A stretch of DNA of 41,188 nucleotides, taken from assembly GCA_012271185.1 (NCBI GenBank), contig JAAXGV010000128.1, forward strand, positions 1 to 41,188. Direction: 5' to 3'. The stretch is from Rhodothermales bacterium (GTDB lineage Bacteria > Bacteroidota > Rhodothermia > Rhodothermales > Bin80). Numbering within the stretch: the stretch's first letter is position 1; each line of letters opens with the position of its first letter. Shown piece by piece: positions 27,670 through 37,834 of the stretch. The notes beneath the pieces are model-generated. The model searched no databases and was not told where the DNA came from. It saw nothing but the letters and a program-made list of their open reading frames with translations. Position numbers and translations under genes: made by a program.

Positions 27670-27679
27670 ACCCGGTGCT

Positions 27680-28990
27680 ATGATGACATCACTACGTAAC
27701 TCTGACCCGCAGGTATACGCAATCATTGAGCGTGAGGTGGCTCGCCAGAATGCCGGTATAGAGTTGATTGCTTCGGAAAATTTCGTTTCGCGTGCCGTGA
27801 TGCAGGCGATGGGGACGCCGCTTACGAACAAGTACGCGGAAGGCTTGCCGGGCCGGCGCTATTACGGCGGCTGCGAGCACGTCGATACTGCTGAAGACCT
27901 TGCACGGGAGCGTGCCAAGGCGCTGTACCACTGCGAGTGGGTAAATGTGCAGCCGCATTCGGGTGCGAGTGCCAATGCGGCAGTATACCTTACCCTGCTG
28001 CAGCCTGGCGACACCTTTCTGGGTCTGGACTTGGCTCATGGCGGTCACCTGACGCACGGGAGTCCTGTAAACTTTTCCGGGATCCTTTACAAGGCTGAGT
28101 ACTACGGCGTGGAACGTGACGGTCCGCTGGCCGGGCGTATCGATATGGACCGTGTACGTGACAAGGCTTTGGCCGTCAGGCCGAAGATGATCTCAATAGG
28201 TGCCAGCGCCTATTCAAGAGATTTTGACTACGCAGCCTTCCGGACCATTGCGGATGAGGTGAATGCACTGCTGTGGATGGATATGGCGCATCCGGCCGGC
28301 CTGATTGCAGCGGGTGTGCTTAATGATCCTCTGCCCCATGCGCATATCGTATCAACGACCACGCACAAGACGCTGCGTGGTCCGCGCGGTGGCATGCTAC
28401 TAATGGGTCAGGATTTCGAGAACCCGTTCGGAAAGGTTGCCCCCAAGAGCGGCCGTATCAGGCGCATGAGTGAGCTTTTTGATGCGGCGGTATTTCCCGG
28501 CACGCAGGGCGGACCGCTCATGCATGTGATTGCAGCCAAAGCGGTGGCCTTTGCCGAGGCGCTTGTGCCGGCGTTCAAAGACTATGCGCAGCAGGTGCAG
28601 CGCAACGCTGCCGCGATGGCGCTGGCCTTTCTTGAGCGCGGGTATCATGTGGTCAGCGGGGGTACGGACAATCACCTGATGCTGGTAGATCTGAGGAACA
28701 GGGGTCTGACAGGCAAGACGGCCGAGAAAGCCCTGCAGGCGGCCGACATCACAGTGAACAAGAACATGGTGCCTTTTGATGATAAGAGCCCTTTTGTTAC
28801 AAGCGGTATCCGGCTTGGCACTTCGGCTGTGACAACGCGCGGCTTCACGGAGGAGACGGCGCGCCAGGTGGTTGCACTGATCGACGCCGTATTGCAGAAG
28901 CCTTCGGACGAAGACACCCACCGGAGCGTGCGCAACCAGGTTCGTGAACTGACCCGCCAACATCCCCTGTACGACTTCGTCCTGGCATGA
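27680..28990 (+). CDS. glyA: Serine hydroxymethyltransferase
   Basis: 436 aa carrying [47 protein letters not shown], the PLP-lysine block [15 protein letters not shown] and [11 protein letters not shown]. Confidence 0.97.
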   Translation: MMTSLRNSDPQVYAIIEREVARQNAGIELIASENFVSRAVMQAMGTPLTNKYAEGLPGRRYYGGCEHVDTAEDLARERAKALYHCEWVNVQPHSGASANAAVYLTLLQPGDTFLGLDLAHGGHLTHGSPVNFSGILYKAEYYGVERDGPLAGRIDMDRVRDKALAVRPKMISIGASAYSRDFDYAAFRTIADEVNALLWMDMAHPAGLIAAGVLNDPLPHAHIVSTTTHKTLRGPRGGMLLMGQDFENPFGKVAPKSGRIRRMSELFDAAVFPGTQGGPLMHVIAAKAVAFAEALVPAFKDYAQQVQRNAAAMALAFLERGYHVVSGGTDNHLMLVDLRNRGLTGKTAEKALQAADITVNKNMVPFDDKSPFVTSGIRLGTSAVTTRGFTEETARQVVALIDAVLQKPSDEDTHRSVRNQVRELTRQHPLYDFVLA

Positions 28991-29039
28991 ACCACATGCC
29001 TCAGGAACAGTATACGTTGTCGTTCTGCGAAAAAAATGC

Positions 29040-29633
29040 GTGATGGGCAGCGTGCTGTCAGGCCCCCCGCACTTGGTGGACTTGGGGCAAATGCTCTACG
29101 AGGCCTCTCTTGTTCGACAGGAGCAAGAACGTATTACGAGCCCGGAAGGTGAGCAGATCGGATGGCTGCTGGATACGCGTATTCCCATGCTTACCGGCTC
29201 AACTGCACAGGAAGTTGGCAGTGTCCTTGCTGAACGTCTGCGCACGCGCGGCATAGACCAGGTTGCCGGATACGGGTTGGGTGCCTACCCGGTTGTCTGC
29301 GCTACGGTGAGTGCTCCCGGTCTTCCGGTGCTCCGGGGCGGATTTATACGGGACGGACGCAAGGGGCATGGCCGGCGCCGCCTTGTGGAAGGGCCGCTAT
29401 CGAAGGCGAAACCCATTGTAATGGTGGACGACATACTCAACAGTGGCACAAGTGCCATGCGCGCACTGCTGCTGCTGCGCGCAGAAGGGTACGAGGTTGC
29501 AGGCCTGATTGCGCTCTTTGAGTTTACTTGGAACCGGGGGCGCCGACGCATGGAGCGGGAAGGGCTTTGGGTGGATTCGCTTCTGGATCTGAACTTGCGC
29601 GAAGGTGGTGGCGGAGGCTCGGATTCGGCATAG
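29040..29633 (+). CDS. Type I phosphoribosyltransferase-domain protein (orotate PRTase-like)
   Basis: 197 aa with the PRPP-binding loop IVMVDDILNSGTSA. The overall layout is like small PyrE-like PRTases. The start is GTG 29040 or ATG 29043. Confidence 0.7.
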   Translation: MMGSVLSGPPHLVDLGQMLYEASLVRQEQERITSPEGEQIGWLLDTRIPMLTGSTAQEVGSVLAERLRTRGIDQVAGYGLGAYPVVCATVSAPGLPVLRGGFIRDGRKGHGRRRLVEGPLSKAKPIVMVDDILNSGTSAMRALLLLRAEGYEVAGLIALFEFTWNRGRRRMEREGLWVDSLLDLNLREGGGGGSDSA

Positions 29634-29636
29634 GTT

Positions 29637-30539
29637 ATGGTGCGTGGTCTCGCAAGCATAATTCGGCGCGGGCGTAAGCCTTCCGCTTTGTGCGAGGGCA
29701 AGGCAACCAACGGTCAGGCCTCGCCGGATGAGCGCGAAGAGTCGTTGCTCGACTCCGAAATGAGTTTCCTTGACCACCTGGAGGACCTTCGGTGGACCCT
29801 GATCAAGGGTGCCTCCGGTGTCGTGCTTCTGACCATTGTTGCAGCCATCTTCAGCGAGTGGATCGTTGAAGAAGTGCTCATGGGACCTGCCAGGGCGGAC
29901 TTCTTCATGTACCGCTGGCTTAGCATCGAAGGCGTCTCAACGCTTGTCTTGCAGAGCCGAAACCCGACAGGTCAGTTCTTTGCGCACATGGGCATCATAC
30001 TGTCTGTCGGTGCCGTAGCGGGTTCACCGGTCTTTATCTACTACGTGTGGAAGTTCATTGAGCCTGGTCTGTACCCCAATGAAAAAAAGGGTATGCGTTT
30101 TGCCGCGCTTTTTGCGACGCTGTTCTTCATGCTGGGCGTTGGCTTCGGGTACTGCATAACGACACCGTTTGCGCTGCAGTTTTTTAACAACTATCAGATT
30201 TCTGACCTTATTGTCAACGAGTTTGACATTACCCGCTACTTCAGTATGGTGACGTGGTGGGCATTTGGCGCCGGCCTGCTTTTTGAGCTCCCCGTGGCCG
30301 TTTACTTCCTTGCGAAGATTGGTATTGCCACACCTGAGCGCTTGCGCGCAGCGCGCAAGTATGCAATCCCGGGTCTGATGTTTATCGCTGCACTGATGAC
30401 GCCGCCAGATCCTGTCTCCATGCTGCTGGTCTGGGTGCCGCTCATCCTGTTGTTTCAGGGCTCCATCTACGTGGCGAAGTACTCTGCCCGTCGCCGCGAG
30501 CTCGCATTGCAGAAAGCCTGGGGTGACATGCCCAAGTAA
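29637..30539 (+). CDS. tatC: Twin-arginine translocase subunit TatC
   Basis: It carries MSFLDHLEDLRWTLIK, six TM segments and PPDPVSM near the C-terminus. The TatC-like sequence begins at the internal ATG 29760, so the 41-aa extension from ATG 29637 may not be translated. Confidence 0.9.
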   Translation: MVRGLASIIRRGRKPSALCEGKATNGQASPDEREESLLDSEMSFLDHLEDLRWTLIKGASGVVLLTIVAAIFSEWIVEEVLMGPARADFFMYRWLSIEGVSTLVLQSRNPTGQFFAHMGIILSVGAVAGSPVFIYYVWKFIEPGLYPNEKKGMRFAALFATLFFMLGVGFGYCITTPFALQFFNNYQISDLIVNEFDITRYFSMVTWWAFGAGLLFELPVAVYFLAKIGIATPERLRAARKYAIPGLMFIAALMTPPDPVSMLLVWVPLILLFQGSIYVAKYSARRRELALQKAWGDMPK

Positions 30540-30596
30540 ATGCTGCATCGAATGGTGCGGGTGTCCGGCGGCGTTGACCGGGTCTGCGCACCAGCC

Positions 30597-31793
30597 CTAC
30601 AGGCCGAGCTGACGCCAAACCCATACCAGCGTTCGCAGTCCCAGTCCGGCGGTGATCATCACAACGACCGCGCCGACGGCCTTGTACCATGCGGGAAGCG
30701 TTACCTCACGTTGGCGGGCCGTGAGCAGCAGCACAAACCCCGCCATAAAAGGCAGCAGCAGACCGTTGGCGGCCTGGGCCGCGATGATGATCTCGAGAGG
30801 ATTGCGCCCTGCCAGGGCAAAACCCAGGCCCGTCAGCAGTACTGAAATCCATATAGCGCGAAAACGCCAATCGCTTGCCTCATCAGGCCAGTCAAAAATC
30901 TCCCTGATCCCAAAAGCAGCCGCCAAGGGGGCTGTAACGGCTGACGTGATCCCTGCTGCAAACAGGCCAAGCCCGAACAGCAGCCGGGCGGCATTTCCTG
31001 CCACCGGCTCTATGATGGGTGCGATGTCGGCAATACTTGTGACACCGCCCTCTGGCGGGGCAAACGTGGCCCCTGCTATCAGTATCGCGACTGAGATAAA
31101 GCCGCCCAGCGGCAGGAAGATGGCCATGCCAGTCATCTCCCGGCGCCAGGCCTTGGGCGTGGGTTCGTCTTCCCAGTATTTCTTGGCTGCGCTGGCATGC
31201 AGGAAGAGGTTGTACGTGACCACGGTGGTGCCCACCAGTGCCATTGTTCTGACAACGCTGTTCAGCGGGAGACGTGGTACAAAGAGCCCGGACAGTGCCG
31301 CTTCCCAGTTCACGGGCGCGAGAAACATAGTAGCTATAAACACTGCACTCATCAGTGCGACGAGCCCTGTAAGAATCTGCGTGAGTATGCGCAGGTTCAG
31401 TGCCAGGATCGTGGCAGCCACCGCACCCAGCAGCAGCGTTGTGCTTTGGGTAACCCTGCCCCCAGAGAGTGAATCCAGGCCTGCGGTTGCTCCCAGGAGG
31501 TTGCCCGTCTGAAAGGTCGCCGTGCCTGCCCAGAGCCCCAGGATAACCAGCACGAACACCAGTGTTCGGGTAGCGGGGTGCTGTGCCGCTTCACGCATGG
31601 CCTCGCCCACCCCCTTGCGTGCCAGGATGCCGGCACCGGCAGAAAACGACTGCAGCACAAAGGTCGCTGCCACCGAAAACACCAGAACCCAGCTGAGTGC
31701 ATACTCGAACTCGATGCCGGCAGTCGCACACGTCAGGACCGTGCCAGGCCCCACAAAGGCTGCCACAATGACAGAAGAGGTGCCGAGCTTCAT
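30597..31793 (-). CDS. Nramp(SLC11)-fold transporter lacking the canonical metal-binding motifs
   Basis: 398 aa with about 11 TMs. The TM1 region AAFVGPGTVLTCATAG aligns with the canonical DPGN block. The TM6 region LVGTTVVTYNLFLHAS aligns with GA(T/I)xMPHNLYLHS. Confidence 0.7.
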   Translation of the reverse strand: MKLGTSSVIVAAFVGPGTVLTCATAGIEFEYALSWVLVFSVAATFVLQSFSAGAGILARKGVGEAMREAAQHPATRTLVFVLVILGLWAGTATFQTGNLLGATAGLDSLSGGRVTQSTTLLLGAVAATILALNLRILTQILTGLVALMSAVFIATMFLAPVNWEAALSGLFVPRLPLNSVVRTMALVGTTVVTYNLFLHASAAKKYWEDEPTPKAWRREMTGMAIFLPLGGFISVAILIAGATFAPPEGGVTSIADIAPIIEPVAGNAARLLFGLGLFAAGITSAVTAPLAAAFGIREIFDWPDEASDWRFRAIWISVLLTGLGFALAGRNPLEIIIAAQAANGLLLPFMAGFVLLLTARQREVTLPAWYKAVGAVVVMITAGLGLRTLVWVWRQLGL

Positions 31794-31879
31794 GGTACCT
31801 GCTAATAGGCGGGCCGCAGACGCTGTCCAGTGGCACCCAAAGCTGTGGCGTCAATCACAGCCATCCGCTGGCGGAAGCG

Positions 31880-32989
31880 CTAGTTGATTTCCCAGGTGTC
31901 GCCGGTGTTAAGGAGCACATCCAGGTCGCCTTCGCCGTGAAGCTCAGTGACGTGGTGCAGCTGAGCATGGAGGCGGGACTCATATGACTCGCGCCGCTCG
32001 CAGTAGAACACGCCGAAGGGGCGGGGCATCTCATCGTTCCAGAACATGCGGCTGGCTATTCCAGCAAGTTCAAGGCTTGTCTCGTCGTACACTATCGCGT
32101 CGCTGACAGACCATGCTCCGCCCGTCAGGTCAATAGATTCGGGCCTGAATCCATCCAGACGGACAGCGCGTCTGCCCCCGTCGTACACCATGGGTTTGCC
32201 ATGCTCCAGAAAGATTGTTCTGTGCGGTTTGGTGGCTTTTTCAGTGAACTCGAAGAAGGCGCCGTCATTGTAGATGTTGCAGTTCTGGTATATCTCTACC
32301 ATGGCCGCACCGTTGTGCTTATGAGCACGCTTAAGTATTGCTGCCAGGTGTCTGGTGTCACGGTCAGCCGAACGCGCTACAAAGGAGGCTGTCGCGCCCA
32401 AGGCCACGGACACCGGATTGAACGGCAGCGCCAGTGATCCGTACGGTGAGCTTTTGGTGATCTTGCCAAGCTCTGATGTCGGGCTGAACTGGCCTTTGGT
32501 AAGCCCGTAGATCTGATTGTTGAACAGCAGGATCTGGCAGTTGACATTGCGACGCAGGATGTGTATCAGGTGATTCCCCCCGATAGAGAGCGCATCGCCA
32601 TCGCCGGTGACGATCCATACATCCAGCTCGGGGCGCGACGCCTTTAGCCCGGTGGCAAGGGTAGGGGCGCGGCCATGAATTGAATGCACCCCGTACGTTT
32701 CCATGTAATACGGAAAGCGGCTGGAGCACCCGATGCCGCTGATGAAGACCACGTTCTCGCGCTGTACGCCAAGTTGCGGCATCAGGCGCTGCACTGTGGC
32801 GAGGATGGCGTAATCACCGCACCCCGGACACCAGCGGACATCCTGGTCACTGGTAAAGTCCTTGCGCGTCAACCCGCGCCGTTCGCCGGAGGGAGGACGC
32901 TTTGCCCCCTTGAAGCCACGTGGCAGCCGGGATCGCTTTGGCTTGGCAGCGAACCCAGGGGGCAGGGTGGGCTTGCGGGCGTCAGGCAT
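31880..32989 (-). CDS. korB: 2-oxoglutarate/2-oxoacid:ferredoxin oxidoreductase, beta subunit
   Basis: 369 aa carrying WCPGCGDYAIL, GIGCSSRFPYY, HGRAPTLATG and a TPP-binding GDGDALSIGGNH. It lies directly downstream of the alpha subunit. Confidence 0.9.
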   Translation of the reverse strand: MPDARKPTLPPGFAAKPKRSRLPRGFKGAKRPPSGERRGLTRKDFTSDQDVRWCPGCGDYAILATVQRLMPQLGVQRENVVFISGIGCSSRFPYYMETYGVHSIHGRAPTLATGLKASRPELDVWIVTGDGDALSIGGNHLIHILRRNVNCQILLFNNQIYGLTKGQFSPTSELGKITKSSPYGSLALPFNPVSVALGATASFVARSADRDTRHLAAILKRAHKHNGAAMVEIYQNCNIYNDGAFFEFTEKATKPHRTIFLEHGKPMVYDGGRRAVRLDGFRPESIDLTGGAWSVSDAIVYDETSLELAGIASRMFWNDEMPRPFGVFYCERRESYESRLHAQLHHVTELHGEGDLDVLLNTGDTWEIN

Positions 32990-32994
32990 GGGGT

Positions 32995-34875
32995 CTATGT
33001 GCTTTGTGAAAGGTTTACGATGGCCTCTTCTATTTCACTGACTCGGAAGGGCCTGCCCTGAACTTTGTTCAATGCTGCAAACGGCAGAAGGAACCTGTCA
33101 CGCAGGAGGCGGACAAGCTGACCCATGTTGAGCTCAGGTACAAGGAAGTGATCAAACTCCGGCAGGATGCCCCCAAGGTCGGCAGGCAGCGGGCTCAGAT
33201 AACGCAGCTGCACTGTGCCGACACGCAGGCCGCGTTTACGCGCCTGGTCGACTGCTACGCGGATAGCCCCCTCGGTTGATCCCCAGCCTACGACCAGCAC
33301 ATCACCAGCACAATCACCGTACACGGTGAGCGGCGCAATGTCTTGTGCAACGCGCCTGACCTTTTCGGCGCGAAGGTTCGTCATAAGCTGATGATTTTCC
33401 GGATCGTAGGACACGTTGCCAGTCTCGTGCTCCTTCTCCAGTCCGCCCAGGCGGTGTTCAAGCCCCTTTGTCCCAGGCCGCACCCAGGCGCGGGCCAGTG
33501 TCTGGTCATTGCGCACATATGGCAGGAACGTCGGTTTTTCAGCGACTATCCGGTTCGTTTTGGTGGCAAAGCGCACCGGAAAGTCAGCAAGGTCACTGGA
33601 ATGCGGAATGCGCCATGGCTCAGAACCATTGGCCAGGTATCCGTCTGCCAGCAGGATCACCGGGCACATATACTTGACCGAGATACAGCATGCCTCGTAA
33701 GCCGCATAGAAGCAGTCGCCGGGCGTTGTCGGGGCGATAACCGGCACAGGTGATTCCCCGTTGCGGCCAAACAGCGACTGAAGCAGGTCGCTTTGCTCGG
33801 TTTTTGTAGGTAATCCTGTTGACGGCCCACCACGCTGAACGTCAATGATGACCATGGGCAGCTCCATCATCACAGCCAGTCCGATCCCCTCGCTCTTGAG
33901 GGCCAGCCCAGGCCCGCTGGTTGCGCATACACCAAGGTTGCCGCCGAAACTGGCCCCAATCGTGGCGCCTATGGCGGCAATCTCGTCCTCGGCCTGGAAC
34001 GTCATCACCCCGAAGTTCTTGTGTCTGCTGAGCTCATGCAAGAGGTCGGAAGCCGGTGTGATGGGATAGCTGCTGTAAAGGAGTTTGAGCTTGCTCTTCG
34101 CTGTGGCTGCGATCAGTCCCATCGCGATGGCTTGGGTACCTCGGACTGCGCGATATCGCCCTGGCTCCAGGACCGCCGGCTGAACCTCATACTTAACAAT
34201 AAAGTCTTCCGTGGTTTCCCCAAAGTGGTAGCCTTTCTTGAGCACGTGAATGTTGGCGTCGCGGATAACCGGCCGCTTGGCAAACTTTTGCCCGAGCCAT
34301 TCGATAGCCGGCTCTACCGGACGTGAGTACAGCCACAGCGCCAGGCCCAGTGCGAACATGTTTTTGCTGCGGTCAACCACTTTCTTGTTCAGCCCGAAGT
34401 CGCTCAGCGCTTCCTCGGTCATCTTGGATATCTCTACTGAAAACACCTGGTACCCAGCCAGTGTCTTGCCATCCTCCAGCGGGTTGACGCTGCCGTAACC
34501 TGCAAGCTTCAGGTTGTGCGGCTTGAAGGCATTCGCATTGACCATGACGGCACCGCCACGCCGGACGCGTGGCAGGTTTACTTTCAGGGCCGCCGGGTTC
34601 ATGGCCACAAGCAGGTCAACCTCATCGCCCGGGGTGCGGATATTGATCGATCCAAAATGAAGCTGAAATCCGCTGACGCCATACGTTGTCCCTGCAGGTG
34701 CGCGAATCTCGGCCGGAAAGTCCGGTAGGGTGGCAAGGTCGTTGTGCGCGAACGCGGTAACCAGTGTGAACTGGGATCCGGTCAGCTGCATGCCGTCGCC
34801 GGAGTCCCCTGCAAACAGTATCGTGGCCTCGTCGAGCTGCTTGACCTCCTTCTTGGTTGTTACCTCTTCTTGCAT
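32995..34875 (-). CDS. korA: 2-oxoglutarate/2-oxoacid:ferredoxin oxidoreductase, alpha subunit
   Basis: 626 aa carrying ILFAGDSGDGMQLTG, LPDFPAEIRAPAGT, SSYPITPASD and IIDVQRGGPSTGLPTK. Confidence 0.9.
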   Translation of the reverse strand: MQEEVTTKKEVKQLDEATILFAGDSGDGMQLTGSQFTLVTAFAHNDLATLPDFPAEIRAPAGTTYGVSGFQLHFGSINIRTPGDEVDLLVAMNPAALKVNLPRVRRGGAVMVNANAFKPHNLKLAGYGSVNPLEDGKTLAGYQVFSVEISKMTEEALSDFGLNKKVVDRSKNMFALGLALWLYSRPVEPAIEWLGQKFAKRPVIRDANIHVLKKGYHFGETTEDFIVKYEVQPAVLEPGRYRAVRGTQAIAMGLIAATAKSKLKLLYSSYPITPASDLLHELSRHKNFGVMTFQAEDEIAAIGATIGASFGGNLGVCATSGPGLALKSEGIGLAVMMELPMVIIDVQRGGPSTGLPTKTEQSDLLQSLFGRNGESPVPVIAPTTPGDCFYAAYEACCISVKYMCPVILLADGYLANGSEPWRIPHSSDLADFPVRFATKTNRIVAEKPTFLPYVRNDQTLARAWVRPGTKGLEHRLGGLEKEHETGNVSYDPENHQLMTNLRAEKVRRVAQDIAPLTVYGDCAGDVLVVGWGSTEGAIRVAVDQARKRGLRVGTVQLRYLSPLPADLGGILPEFDHFLVPELNMGQLVRLLRDRFLLPFAALNKVQGRPFRVSEIEEAIVNLSQST

Positions 34876-35043
34876 AGGGGCTGGTGCAGGTGCTGCCTAA
34901 CCAATATGTTACCGACTCTTGCGTATCGTGTTGCATGCCTAGACGAACAACATACGCGTGGCATCATTGCTGAGCAGTGATCATGAACAGACACGTCACA
35001 CGTGAAACGCAGGGAAGGGTTATCTTCACTCGAACGCCCTGCC

Positions 35044-35427
35044 ATGGTACCCTACGCAGCCACCACTGAGCACATCACGGTTACTGTTCGGCCCGTATAT
35101 CTGGACAGCGACACCAACTACTTTGCCCGGCGATTCGTGTTCGGTTATCATATACGGATTCAGAACGGTAGTGACATGCCGGTACGCCTTCTCAGGCGCC
35201 ACTGGCGAATTCAGGAGGAAGGCGGGCGGGTTCAGTTCGTAAACGGTGCGGGTGTTATCGGGGAACAGCCACTGATTGCCCCCAGTGACGAGCATACGTA
35301 CAGCAGCTATAGTGTGCTGAGCACCTTTTGCGGGACCATGGAAGGGCACTACATCATGGAGCGCGAAAACGGAGAGCAGTTCACTGTCGAAATCCCACGG
35401 TTCGATTTGCGGGCAATGGCCAACTAG
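35044..35427 (+). CDS. apaG: ApaG (DUF525) protein
   Basis: About 127 aa from ATG 35044, carrying VTVRPVYLDSDTNYFARRFVFGYHIRIQN, LLRRHWRIQEEGG, GAGVIGEQPLI and GTMEGHY. The ORF is open from 35002. Confidence 0.85.
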   Translation: MVPYAATTEHITVTVRPVYLDSDTNYFARRFVFGYHIRIQNGSDMPVRLLRRHWRIQEEGGRVQFVNGAGVIGEQPLIAPSDEHTYSSYSVLSTFCGTMEGHYIMERENGEQFTVEIPRFDLRAMAN

Positions 35428-36581
35428 GTTTCGGTAGCGAGGGTATCCGTCAGTGGAGGGAGCTGCGTCTGCCGGGGTGCGCGGGCCCGTATCATGTATG
35501 CTTCTCTGACGCCGCGATGTCTGGCCGGAGCTTCGGCCGCTTCGATGATCAGTGCATGATCCAGGCTGTTTACGCGGTTGCACGAGGCGCGTACCGCATC
35601 CATCGAAATTTTCAGCGCCACATCAACTGGCATACGTTCCGGGTTGATATCGAGACCGAAGTACCCATCGTAGCCATGCATCTTAAGCGTGTAGAGGCCG
35701 GCCTCCATCTGCTCCGGTGAGATGAGTCCTGCATTGAGGTCCTGGTCATAGTTGCCCAGTGGCTGGCTGTTCCAGTGTGTATGGGCCAGGCGTGCCTCTG
35801 ACAGGGGCCAGCTCAGCGCGTACGAAACATCTTCAAAGCCCATCAGGAGGTGGCCGATTTCAGGGTTCATGCACATCAGCGCGTGTCCGTTTTGCAGCAG
35901 GCGGCGGTTGTCTGCGTGTTGCAGCAAGGCCTCGACCTGGTGTCCCAGCAGCACGCCTTCGGGCGTGAGGCCATACAGGATGCGCCCTCGTGGTTCGTAA
36001 GGTTTGGGCTCAAAGGCGATCCGTACGCCTGGCACGGTATCCATGGCCTCGGCCAGGCTGGAGGCAAAGCGATGGCGCATGTCGGCCATGTTGAGCCCGA
36101 AGGGATTCTCATAGCCGTCAATGCCTGGCCAGACGACTGAGAAGTCGCAGTCCAGCATCTTGGCCAATGTCAGCGCGCGCGTGGTGCGATCAATGGCGGC
36201 CTGGCGCACCACAGGATCCGGGTTGGAAAGTGACCCAAACTCAAACTGTGTGTCGTAGAACAGCAGCGGGATGACTGTAATGAGCCGTATACCGGACTCC
36301 TTGGTGAAGGTCTGCCACTTTTCGAGGTTGTTCTCGTTGATCTCGTTCGGATAGTGCGCTTCCAGTCCTTCAAGCCCGTAATCCCTCAGACTCGCAGCGA
36401 CCTCCAGGCGCGCCTCAATAGGCAGATCCGGCTTGTACTTCCCGTGAAAGCGTGAGTCGGACGGCGAAAAGAACCAGATACCTGCCGAAAAGCGTGGTAT
36501 CAGTTCAAAAGCTTCCAAGTGTGCCACCAGCGCGTTTCCGCTGCGGGGCACCGCTTGGGCACGCAAGTCCTTGAATGGCAT
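35424..36581 (-). CDS. Xylose-isomerase-family TIM-barrel protein (class I XylA-like, divergent)
   Basis: 385 aa carrying RFSAGIWFF (cf. RFTFGLW), the signature IAFEPKPYEPRG, MNPEIGHLLMG, NYDQDLN and GLDINP. One expected metal-site Asp position seems replaced (LAHTHWN where class I enzymes have FHIDLN). Confidence 0.7.
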   Translation of the reverse strand: MPFKDLRAQAVPRSGNALVAHLEAFELIPRFSAGIWFFSPSDSRFHGKYKPDLPIEARLEVAASLRDYGLEGLEAHYPNEINENNLEKWQTFTKESGIRLITVIPLLFYDTQFEFGSLSNPDPVVRQAAIDRTTRALTLAKMLDCDFSVVWPGIDGYENPFGLNMADMRHRFASSLAEAMDTVPGVRIAFEPKPYEPRGRILYGLTPEGVLLGHQVEALLQHADNRRLLQNGHALMCMNPEIGHLLMGFEDVSYALSWPLSEARLAHTHWNSQPLGNYDQDLNAGLISPEQMEAGLYTLKMHGYDGYFGLDINPERMPVDVALKISMDAVRASCNRVNSLDHALIIEAAEAPARHRGVREAYMIRARAPRQTQLPPLTDTLATET

Positions 36582-36624
36582 CTGTCACCGGCAGCAGCCC
36601 TGCGGGAAGATAGGATTTTGCGTC

Positions 36625-37761
36625 TTAGCGCCGAGGTCCGGCTCTCCGCTGGTGCTCCTCGTAGTGTAGCTGAAGCCAGTCTTCGCCATAGTCATTGCCA
36701 GGGTCACGCACGATACTGTGGACGTGATTGGCGCCCTCGCTACCCACGCCGCGTTCCCGCACATACTCGATAAGGATGGACGGGCTATGCACGCGATAGT
36801 AGTACCGTTTGGAGATGTCGTCGGTTGGTCCCATCCAGGCAAAATGCAGGGCCTCGAGGCCGTCGTTTTCAACCTCTTTGAGAAAGGACGCTGCAATATC
36901 ATGGTCCATATTGCGGACATACTCGGCAATCAGGTGGTTAAGCAGGCGCTGCTGCATCGCAGTCAGACTTGCTGCCGTGATGCCTGCGAATTGTTCCAGG
37001 CTGGCCTTGCGCCCCGGACCCTCAAGGATATCTCGGGGAATCTCAGAAGAGACGACGGCCACGTTGCGCTGAGCATCGGTGAGCGACTGCACGAGCTCAA
37101 ACCCTCGTTCTGCCTCATGTGGAAGTGCCCGAAATCCTGCATAGGGGCCTGAGCCTATCTCGTAGGGTTCGGCTCCCAGAAAGAGCGGCGTGAAGGCAAC
37201 CTGGCTGTCGACCACCGTGAAGGATGCTGCGAGGTGGTGGCCTGTAATGAGCCATCCCCAGCGCTTTTCCGTACGCGGATCGCCAAAAAATGCAACCCAG
37301 TAGTTTTCCGAGCTCCAGCTTTCGATAAGGCGCGCCATACGGCCATCCCGGCGTGCTTGGGCTTCTGCCGAAAGCACATCGTCAATCCAGATGATACCAG
37401 CGATCTTGTGATAGCCTTGGCTGCTGGTAGAGGCACGCAGCAGTGCATGAAGTGCCTGGCGCTGGACATCTGTCAGATCCCCCATGCGGAGTCCTCCGCG
37501 ATCAAACATGGCGCTGGGCAGGTTGCTCCATCGTGTACGCGCCTCCGAATCATCCAGTGCGAACAGCACGCTGGTACGCTGTGCTTCGCTGAGCCCTTCA
37601 AGGAAGACAGACGCACTTGCGGTCATCTGTGCAGCTGAGGAGTGCAGGTCAGGCGATGGACTCGGCTCCGTCGCGGAAACAGCAGGGAGCATGGAACTGC
37701 CCTCAACACCACAGGAGATAAGCAGGGCACCAAGTATCAGGACGTAAAAGGAGGTACGCAT
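36625..37761 (-). CDS. DUF3500-domain lipoprotein
   Basis: The probable start MRTSFYVLILGALLISCG at 37761 carries a lipobox; the upstream part of the ORF is not protein-like. The blocks RWSNLP, GLRMGDLT..QRQALHALL, WGWLITGHHL, HFAWMGP and YYRVHSPSILIEY..NHVHSIVRDPGNDYG match my recollection of DUF3500. Confidence 0.6.
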   Translation of the reverse strand: MRTSFYVLILGALLISCGVEGSSMLPAVSATEPSPSPDLHSSAAQMTASASVFLEGLSEAQRTSVLFALDDSEARTRWSNLPSAMFDRGGLRMGDLTDVQRQALHALLRASTSSQGYHKIAGIIWIDDVLSAEAQARRDGRMARLIESWSSENYWVAFFGDPRTEKRWGWLITGHHLAASFTVVDSQVAFTPLFLGAEPYEIGSGPYAGFRALPHEAERGFELVQSLTDAQRNVAVVSSEIPRDILEGPGRKASLEQFAGITAASLTAMQQRLLNHLIAEYVRNMDHDIAASFLKEVENDGLEALHFAWMGPTDDISKRYYYRVHSPSILIEYVRERGVGSEGANHVHSIVRDPGNDYGEDWLQLHYEEHQRRAGPRR

Positions 37762-37834
37762 GGCATGAAGAGCGGATGGCTGCCTGCTGAATTTACGTAT
37801 TGTTGTGCTCAAACCAAACACATGGCAGGCACGG

